A stretch of DNA of 59,647 bases, the filler included, from Dugesia japonica (lineage: Eukaryota): the NCBI GenBank assembly GCA_001938525.1. It is 6 parts of 6 records of this genome, joined end to end, with 100 filler letters (N's around TTAATTAATTAA, not from the genome) between each part and the next. Parts side by side here need not be neighbours in the genome. Positions count along the whole stretch, not along the records: positions 48,824 to 59,647 come from MQRL01642554.1; 5 more parts are not named here. One strand, 5' to 3'. The position numbers and the translations under genes are program-made. The notes beneath the pieces are model-generated. The model was not told the origin of the DNA. It searched no databases and saw only the letters and a program-made list of their open reading frames with translations. Of the stretch, positions 50,085 through 59,647 are shown in pieces (positions within the stretch are counted from its first letter, which is position 1; each line of letters starts with the position of its first letter).

Positions 50085-51859
50085 AGTAAAATTATTTAAT
50101 ACGTTATATCATATGTTTTCAAGGTCAAATAATTAAATTAAATAACTTAAATAAATTGAATTTTCAAATTTTAGTCTTGACATAATTTGGTGATTATTCT
50201 ATTGTAATATACAAAGAGTTAAATAATTAGTGAAATACCAAATAATTAATCAATTTTTAAAAATAAATTAAATTTCTTTTTAGTGAAAATATGTAAGATA
50301 TCAATTTAAAAAGAACTATATCAGTATACTAATGTTGGGACAGAGCCTAACCATATCTTCAAAATTCTCTCAAAGCCAAATTGGAAACAATTTAAAGTCT
50401 AACCAATAACTAAACTAATAAAATAGAAAATGTTTCATTACAAAAAAGAAGTAATAAGAATAATAATTTAGAAATGAAATGAGGAAAACAATAAAATAGC
50501 AATAATCAAAATTATTCCAGATTATTAATATAAATATTTTGCAAATTCATCCCATAATTTAAAACACATTAAATAATCGTTTTATCCANNNNNNNNNNNN
50601 NNNNNNNNNNNNNNNNNNNNNNNNNNNNNNNNNNNNNNNNNNNNNNNNNNNNNNNNNNNNNNNNNNNNNTTCTAGTTAGTTCTTTTATTAAGATCACTCC
50701 CAATTAAAACATTATTCATTAAAACAAATAGCTTTTTTGGACATAATGAGCAACTGAACTTATTATGGATTCGTCCAAAATGTTAAGATCCATATACATA
50801 ACATTTTTTTGTGATAATTTCTGTAAACGAGATTTATCGGATGACAGGTTCAACACAGAATTTCTCGAATTCATGTCATGATATGACGTCTTAAATTTTT
50901 ATAATCACTTCATACTTATACTTGTTCTGGTATTCTATGTACCACATTTTGTTTCATTTTGAACTATACGTAGATCCAGAAGCATAACTACAATTTTCGG
51001 TTCCCTATGCAAAGTGAAATATTTTCGCACCTTCTCACTCTTTCTTGAAATTTATTTATTTCAACTTTTAAAATCTATTTTACATAATGAAATTTAATTA
51101 AATAATAAAAAATCTGAAAGAAAATATCAATAATTTGTCAAAGTTGAAAATATTCAAGAANTAAAATGTATCAAATAATTAATTTGGCGCATCAATAGAA
51201 GGGGTTCCCAAGTAAATGCCCCGTTTTCAAATCCTAAATTCATCATCAGTTTTTACTTCTTCTTTTAGGCCCTCAAACTACTTATTGTTTGAAATATTTC
51301 TTTTACTTCATCTATATTTCCAGACTTTTAAACCTTATCATCTCGTCATTGCAGCTATTTATTATTTACTTCTTATTCAAATCATCCTGGTTAAATTTGT
51401 TTGAAAGGGATTTCTTTATCATTAGTTCAATGTTACGTATTGAATCCCCAACATTATATTTTGAATGGATTTCTATGTTTATGTAATATTAAGTTAGTTT
51501 GATAAAAAAAAATTTTCAAACGTAACCCCCAAAGTGATTTTGATGTTTAAATTGTGATTATAAAAATTTAAAGAAATTCTTACATATGTGTATATTTATG
51601 AAAGTTGTGTATATTTCTCACGTAAATATTATAAAATTTTTTTAAACATTTTCAAAATTACGAAAATAAACTAAGGCGTAGATCAAAAAANNNNNNNNNN
51701 NNNNNNNNNNNNNNNNNNNNNNNNNNNNNNNNNNNNNNNNTTTCAAAAAAATGTTTCTTTTTAAAATTTTTACTAAAGTAACAAAAACTTTTTCAAAAAA
51801 CGTTTTTTATTTTTTCCAAATTTTCGAATTTTTCTTCTTATATTATATGTTATAATGAA

Positions 51860-52800
51860 ATTAGTTCATAATTAATTGAAATTTGGTATATTTGTATGAA
51901 ATTATTGTATGTTTCTATTAAAATTGATTAATTACATACAATATTTTTGAAAATTTGTATATAGCTTAATGAAATCAGTACGTATTTTGTATGAAATTGT
52001 TGATTTAGTAAACATATTAGGATTCGTGTATAATTGTATGAAGTACATATAAATTCTGATTGAAATAATATATATTTTAATAAAAATGCTAAAATATTTC
52101 TACATAGTTTAATGAAATTTATATGTAAATTACTGAAATTTGTATGTAAAATAATGAAGTTACTGTTTAATTGTGAAATTGTACGTATTTTTGTATGAAG
52201 ATATTATCTATTTTAGTACACTAATTAAATTTTGTGTATAAAATTTTTAAGATGTATTTATTTTAAAATAGTTTGAACAATAGTCATCAAATATGTCTGT
52301 TTTTGTATATGATTTGGTTATATTTGCATATTACTTTTCTACATGTTTTAATGAAAATATTAAATTTGAGCATATTACTATGACGTTAGTATAACTCTTC
52401 ATAAGTGTCTGTGTATTTGCTATGTAAACTGAGTTAATATTTGNATGGAATTATGGATACATGTATGACTGCATACTTATNCAATTAGTGTATACATATG
52501 AAAATAGTACATATTTTGTTTGAAATTATATCCAAATTTTGTTAAAATATAAAATTATTATTGTTTATATGTATAGGGTATTGAAATTAACGTATTATAT
52601 GTTTCTGTATAAGAAATTCATCCATAATTTCGCAAAATTTGGTTATAATTGCAAAATATCTGTGAACACCTTTAAAAAAAGTATTTATTATGTATGAAAA
52701 ACTTATATTATAGGAAGCTTATTTAATGTAATGTATAATTCTCAATAAAATTGTGTAGGTCTTATCAAAATTTGGTGGTATTTATAGTAAATTACTGTTT
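51860..52800. repeat. Diverged strand-biased tandem repeat region
   Basis: Recurring (T)TTGTATGAAATT / TTAATGAAAT motifs. Confidence 0.4.
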
Positions 52801-54944
52801 ACTTATAAATGCTCCATTGCCATGAATCATATTCTTAAGGCTATTAAAGCATGTCTTATCTAATCTTTTTTACGATTGATGGTTTTTCTGTTCAAAAACT
52901 TGCATATGCTGATGATATAGAAGCAGTGGCATAATTAAGGGTGAAAATTTATTNNNNNNNNNNNNNNNNNNNNNNNNNNNNNNNNNNTTTGAGGAATTAT
53001 TGATCTTTTCTTCAAGGTTTTTCATTTTTTATTTAAATTTTATTATGTAAAATAAGATTGTAAAAGTTAAATAAAAATTGTAAAAAAGAGTGATCAGTTG
53101 CAAAAATATTATACTTTGTCACAAGTGTCGAAAGATTTTGTTACGCTAGTGAAGATATTAAAATTATTGATACTAAGATTGAAGTTACTAAGATTATTGA
53201 TAAGAATTTTCATAAATAAAATAAAATATAATATAATGTACTATAATAAAATGTGCTATTTTCAATATACAGCATTCTGCGCGTATTTGACAATTCTGTG
53301 TAACAAGAACATAACAGAAATTTAAAATTTTTTTTGAATATTTTAATACAATTTAATCATTTGTTGGGTACCGAGATTAAAATAATTACTCGATTTGTTT
53401 TTCTCTATTTCCTTCTGAGTTGCTGTAGGAACATGCTTCATAATTAGATGTAATTGCAAAAACCACTCTCACTCCCAGTTCAATGAGTGATTGCGGTTTT
53501 TTACATTGTTCCCATTATTTATATTTTAACATATTTCAAAAATTAAGTAGAGTAATAAGATCAAATAAAATGAAAAATTTATATATATTCATAGTAGAAT
53601 TTATTTAAGATAAGTACAAACGATAAAATATCTAAAATATAGTTAAAGAATTTTCTAATAATAAACTATACTGAATGATTAGTTGATAATAACAAATATG
53701 TTAAATTTTAAATATTTATAATTGTTTTTCACAAATTTCTTTTAATTAATCACTATAGTAAATTATAATAGTAACGCTGTTTCAATATATTCATTTTTAT
53801 GAAATATAATTTTAGTATTAGCAAATGAAATCTTTGAATGATACTGATTCTTCATTAAAATATGACAGTATCAAAATTGGGACTTTAAATGATTTCGAAC
53901 AAAAAAATAGACCTTCATTGTTATTTGATCATCTTCCTCCTTTAAGTTCGAATACTGTGAGATTTTCAATAATTTAAACTCAATTTTCATGAAAAAATTT
54001 AGATTGTTTACAGTGATAAGCCGAAACTCATTGGTAAAGGTCCATGGACTTTTGCTCAACCATTTCAAGTAAAAAAGGAATTTAAACAATTGAGTAATTC
54101 AATAGCAGAAAATTATTCACCTTATATTGCTGGAAATGATGACAATCAAAATTTTCTAATAAAATCAAGTGATATATTCTTTAAAGATCATTGAACTATT
54201 TTTCAAATTCGATTTTCAGATCGAAACGAGCCACTATCGATTAAATCAAGACACCAGAAAAAATTGAAAAAACAATTGATTAATTTNAAGGATTTGATTT
54301 TTGAAAATAAAGAATCTCTTAAGATTTTTGATGAAGAAAAATCAATAAATCATACTTTTAAAATTATTAAAAGTGAGTTCTATTTATTAAAATTAATAGA
54401 ACAAGAAATGTAAATAAATAAATAGTAATTTTCTTTAAAATGATAATAAAATCTTGATAATAAAGTGAAATGAAATCAATCATTTTTTTGCTAAATAAGT
54501 AATAATGNNNNNNNNNNNNNNNNNNNNNNNNNNNNNNNNNNNNNNNNNNNNNNNNNNAAATCAAGACACCAGAAAAAATTGAAAAAACAATTGATTAATT
54601 TAAAGGATTTGATTTTTGAAAATAAAGAATCGCTTAAGATTTTTGATGAAGAAAAATCAATAAATCATACTTTTAAAATTAGTAAAAGTGAGTTCTATTT
54701 ATTAAAATTAATAGAACAAGAAATGTAAATAAATAAATAGTAATTTTTTTTTAAAATGATAATAAAATCTTGATAATAAAGTGAAATGAAATCAATCATT
54801 TTTTTGCTAAATAAGTAATAATGAATTNNNNNNNNNNNNNNNNNNNNNNNNNNNNNNNNNNNNNNNNNNNNNNNNNNNNNNNNNNNNNNNNNNNNNNNNN
54901 NNNNNNNNNNNNNNNNNNNNNNNNNNNNNNNNNNNNNNNNNNNN

Positions 54945-55015
54945 TTTAATGAAATCTCAAATACGATCAATAGTTAAGTCCAACAATTATTCTCGTAATA
55001 ATTGTAATTGTAAAA
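54945..55015 (+). repeat. pLTR-A 3' fragment
   Basis: TTTAATGAAATCTCAAATACGATCAATAGTTAAGTCCAACAATTATTCTCGTAATAATTGTAATTGT. Confidence 0.7.
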
Positions 55016-55317
55016 CTAATAATTAAAGTTTAACTTCTTTTTTTCATCAAAATTTATCATATAATAAAAGATAAAATACTAGATTTACAGAATCACAAAT
55101 TTAACGTTTTTTCAAATTCCGTATTTACACGCACACAACGCGTAAAAAATAAAATATTTAAAAATGAAAAATTTCAAAATGGTATTTGTTTAACGCACAC
55201 ATGATTTATACTGCACAAAATTTATAAGCACTTTATTGAACAAATTTTTACATGCTGATATTTTAAAGAGCCAGTAGTTTCATATCCATTTTTAAATGAT
55301 GAATTATTAAACTCATT

Positions 55318-57990
55318 TGTAACGTTCTTAAATTTTGTATTAAGGGTGAAGATATACTCAAGCTTAAGAAAACGAATTCTTACCACTATTTTGCGGTCCA
55401 GACTCCCTCGGAAATGTTTGAAAAATCTTTTAAGGATCTTGAGAAAATAATCATCTCGGTTCTTTATCTCTAGATGAAGATTCACGCCTATATTATTCCT
55501 ACCCAATTCACATTTGCCTTTAGGAATTACAACATTATTCTAGGCAAATTTCGATGCTGCGGTCATTCAGAGAATGGAATCCGTACCTGTCTTATGCAGA
55601 TCCTTTGCGTTTTATATCTAGTTCCAGTAAACTTGGGGGTTCGGTATCATATCAGCGAGAGACAAATACTTTGTGCANNNNNNNNNNNNNNNNNNNNNNN
55701 NNNNNNNNNNNNNNNNNNNNNNNNNNNTCGGAAATGTTTGAAAAATCTTTTAAGGACCTTGAGAAAATAATCATCTCGGTTCTTTATCCCTAGATGAAGA
55801 TTCACGCCTATATTATTCCTACCCAATTCACATTTGCCTTTAGGAATTACAACATTGTTCTAGGCAAATTTCGATGCTGCGGTCATTCAGGGAATGGAAT
55901 CCGTACCTGTCTTATGCAGATCTTTTGCGTTTTATATCTAGTTCCAGTAAACTTGGGGGTTCGGTATCATATCAGCGAGAGACAAATACTTTGTGCAGTC
56001 TCTCGTGCAAGTATTCATGATCCTTATTAGCAAGAAAAACGCTATCCTCATCAAACATTTATTTAAGACATAGTTACTATGAATTGAAAAACTGAATTAG
56101 AAAAGTTTTAATATTCAAACAAATATGCGCAATATTTATTTTAGTTATTTTCTTGAAATATTTAAAATTTCCAAAATTTTATAAATATTTTAATTGCGCA
56201 TATAAATTTNAATTTAAGCAATTCAAATATCATTCTCACATCCCCCTTCTTTAAGAAATCTTCTGATCTTTTCAGCATTTCTTTCCATTGTCCTATCCAG
56301 ATAATTTCGAACCAGATATCTTCGGTCATGTATCATTTTTACTACTAAGAATGGATCTACAAAACGATCCTGATCCTTATTTTTTGTTTCCTCCTTGATA
56401 AGCATCTCCAATTCTGCATCTACAATAGCGAATGTTCTCCTGGTTGGGTATCTAACCTTCGGTATATTGTCTACCTTCTCGAACTCTAGTTTTCTATGTA
56501 GAAACCATCTTTCTCTGCTGATTTTTCTACCAAACACTGTTTCCGCCGGGCTTTTATCTGTTGTTTTCTGTACTGCCGCATTCATCACAAATNCAATCTC
56601 TGGAAGAATTTCTACCCAATTCTTTGCGTTTCTATCTGCTAATGATGCTCCAATCCAGTCTGTGATAGTTCGAAATTGCCTTTCTACCTGTCCATTCGTA
56701 TTATGATGATACAGACTTGAAAAACATAGCTTAATATTCATCTTCTGACTCCTCTTCTAGCTCTACTTGATAGTAAGCATTACCTAAATATAATGAGCTG
56801 ATGAATTTTGATCTGCCTAATCTATCCAGAATCTTCTCTGCATTTGGCATTGAAAATGCTTACCTTTCCGTAATAGCGTTCAGCTGTCGAAAATACAGAC
56901 AGAGACGAATGTATTTCTCTTCTTTTTTCCAGATACATAACAACGGTGTGTTCCATGTTGAATTGCACTTTCGTATAATTCTATTTTCAAAAAGATTACG
57001 TATCCCTTCGTTTATTTTATCCTCTAGGTGTTCTTTATGGCTTAATATTTATAGGTTCTCCTTTTGTTAATATTTTATGCTTCACCAGTTTTGTGCATTA
57101 TATGTCCCATTTAACTACCATAAAGATATTTGAATGTTTTCTTATCAACTCCTTGATCGTGCCATTTTCCAATCTCACTCAAAGCTTTTTGACANNNNNN
57201 NNNNNNNNNNNNNNNNNNNNNNNNNNNNNNNNNNNNNNNNNNNNNNNNNNNNNNNNNNNNNNNNNNNNNNNNNNNNNNNNNNNNNNNNNNNNNNNNNNNN
57301 NNNNNNNNNNNNNNNNNNNNNNNNNNNNNNNNNNNNNNNNNNNNNNNNNNNNNNNNNNNNNNNNNNNNNNNNNNNNNNNNNNNNNNNNNNNNNNNNNNNN
57401 NNNNNNNNNNNNNACATTAATTCTTGCTCCGGTATCCATTAAGCATTCCAACTCCATGTTTTGGATCTTTATCGCAATACCTGGTCTACCCTGCTTATAT
57501 CTTATTTCTCCATTCTTCTACTGTTGCGATAGTTGGTTCCACTGATGTTTCTACCTTGATTACTTATATCTCTTTCTTTAAAAAATTATAAACGCGTTCT
57601 TTGATATCATCCTCTATATTATTGATATGACTACTTTTACTATAACTATCAATATTTTTGGGATCACCCATTAGATTTTGAGTTCTACAACTCCTACCAT
57701 CTTCCCTTTTGGTGGAACTTTTCCGTTTGGGTTTCTCATTGATCCATATACGTTTGCGTCACATCTGTTGTTACCATATCTAACGTTACCATATCATATT
57801 CCTTGTTACTTGTTTAATCATCTTCCACTGCATTGATGTTAACATACCTAACCGAAAATGGGAGCTTTTTTACCTCATTTTTCTTATATTCTGAAGGATA
57901 TTCGTTCCATCTCTTGTGCTCCATCTTTGTAAAACAATNTTTGGCTATATGACCGTTCTTTTTGCATTTTTGTGTCTATATGGTGGTGTG
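55318..57990 (-). mobile_element. Internally deleted Ty3/Gypsy element with PPT and probable 3' LTR
   Basis: Minus strand: gag knuckle CKKNGHIAK.C (~57950), protease CLMDTGA (~57440), RT N-terminus STWNTPLLCIWKK..IRLCLYFRQLN..GNAYYQVEL, integrase YHHNTNGQVER..SPAETVFGR. PPT AAAGAAGGGGGA abuts TG at 56240. The LTR far end (~55318) is tentative. Confidence 0.85.
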
Positions 57991-59214
57991 ATACTTAAAT
58001 TCAATGGAAAATTTAAATAAAATTTAATAAACTTTTTAAATTTTACTTGTAAAATAAAGTTTAATTAGGTCTTAATTAGTGTTATGTAATTTAAATTTCA
58101 AAGAACTCTTGAATCAGGATAAAAATAATTAAAATTTCTTCCNNNNNNNNNNNNNNNNNNNNNNNNNNNNNNNNNNNNNNNNNNNNNNNNNNNNNNNNNN
58201 NNNNNNNNNNNNNNNNNNCCAACTGTTTTGATAAAATGAAAAAAATATATTAAAAAACAAATCGGTCATTTTGCGCGTCGGTTCAAAATAATCATATTAG
58301 CAATTTGTGATAACAATAACGCTGAAAAGTCATTTTCTTTGTTGTTTTTGTTATGAAAATCTATTAAAATGAAAATTTTGTTAAAACGTTAAAATATCGC
58401 TTTTTTTCTAAATATATAAATGTATCACAAACTCCCTGTAGATCTGAATTCAGAATATAATTGTTATTTTGACTCAGAACCACAAAAATTTATTTGTCTA
58501 GNAGCTGCAAATGATCTTTTCTTTACCATAGGTTAACCTAGGCTTTAAGGAAATTAATCTCAGTCACAATATTACTTTTTATGAAACATTTTTCAGTAAA
58601 TTTGTGTTAACATTCATCTTTGCATTTAAAAAATTAACACTTTTCATTCCAAGATTTATTCAAAACAAAACAAAAACACAAACTATAAATTTGGTTTTTT
58701 AAATAAATTTTAAAACAAGCTAAACACGTTTATTTAATTCTGGCCGAAGCTAATAAAATAATTATTTAATAATCAAAAACAATAAATTTTAGAAAATTTT
58801 TTATAATTAACCAAAAATTTTTTTAATTAAATTTACGAAAAATTTCATTCAAAAAGATTTTAATGCAAATTAAATTCCAATTAAACTTTTTTTAAAAATT
58901 ATTTATTGAAACATTTATTTGAAAATTATTCCAAAAATTATTTATTTAAGATTATTTCAAATTTTAAAATTAATGCAACAAAAATTATTTTATTGAACTT
59001 AGTCACTAATTTAAAATTAATTATCAATACTTAATTTTCAAATATTGAAATTTTAAATTTTCTAACTTCTTTTATGAAGTTAANNNNNNNNNNNNNNNNN
59101 NNNNNNNNNCGAACTATCAAAAAATTTAATTGTTTCCAACCATACTTACAATATGCATAAATTTAATATAAAATCTTCATTTGTTTATTATTTATTTAAT
59201 AACTAATTTAACAG

Positions 59215-59389
59215 AAAAACAACTAGATGCAATTCCTGTTAATTTAATGGATGTCGATGAAACTAAATGTGATCACACTGAACATGATGAAAATACCAAA
59301 TTAGCTTTGAGAATTCCATTTACTCCTTGGTATAGGTCAACTAAAGGTTTATCAAGATCTTCTAGTCCAGATCCTGAAAATCGAAACAG
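59215..59389 (+). CDS. Probable internal exon of an unidentified gene
   Basis: Flanked by ttaacag and gtaattt. Open frame KQLDAIPVNLMDVDETKCDHTEHDENTKLALRIPFTPWYRSTKGLSRSSSPDPENRN; GC-richer than flanks. Confidence 0.5.
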
Positions 59390-59647
59390 GTAATTTGTTT
59401 TATTGTTTAATTGAATTTTTCTTGTGTTGTTATTTATCATTTTACTATAATTTCTTTCAATTAAATTTCATTGATAATTTACACCAAACAATCTAAATCT
59501 TTAATCTAATCTGTAAATTAATTGACAGCAAATAATCCAAGCACATCGTCAATAATATATTAAATACTGATAAATGAATTTGATTTTGTTTTATCCATGT
59601 ATACACATATTCAAGAAATATTAAAACAAACCACTATGAAATGTCAA

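Noticed and set aside
50710-51490. Coding-like minus-strand stretches upstream of BNIP3-like gene (also 53820-54110)
   Set aside because: Frames are interrupted, splice signals inconsistent, and no recognisable motif.

Overview
Very AT-rich, gappy, repeat-dominated animal (eukaryotic) draft sequence, not a prokaryotic locus. Five identical 100-nt spacers (44 N + TTAATTAATTAA + 44 N) show that the window is six unrelated scaffolds joined together, so adjacency across the spacers is not biological. Recognisable host genes are spliced with short GT-AG introns (45-63 nt): the 3' part of a STARD7-like START lipid-transfer gene (+), two exons of an OSBP-family gene (-), a divergent BNIP3/NIX-like mitophagy receptor (-), an orphan two-exon ORF and one orphan exon. 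The rest is mostly decayed mobile DNA: Penelope-like elements (RT, GIY-YIG), two Ty3/Gypsy elements, several mariner/Tc1 copies, two piggyBac remnants, a MULE with a 9-bp TSD, a Zator-like element, hAT remnants/MITEs and (ATT)n microsatellites. The most notable signals are (i) two families of minimal, short-stem-III hammerhead ribozymes in Penelope terminal repeats, often in head-to-head inverted modules, and (ii) a ~2-kb solo-LTR-like element that appears to carry its own spliced, now-decayed protein-coding gene. Short introns, AT-richness and TE content would fit a flatworm-like invertebrate, but that assignment is only an inference. All family calls rest on motif recognition by eye; no database searches were run.
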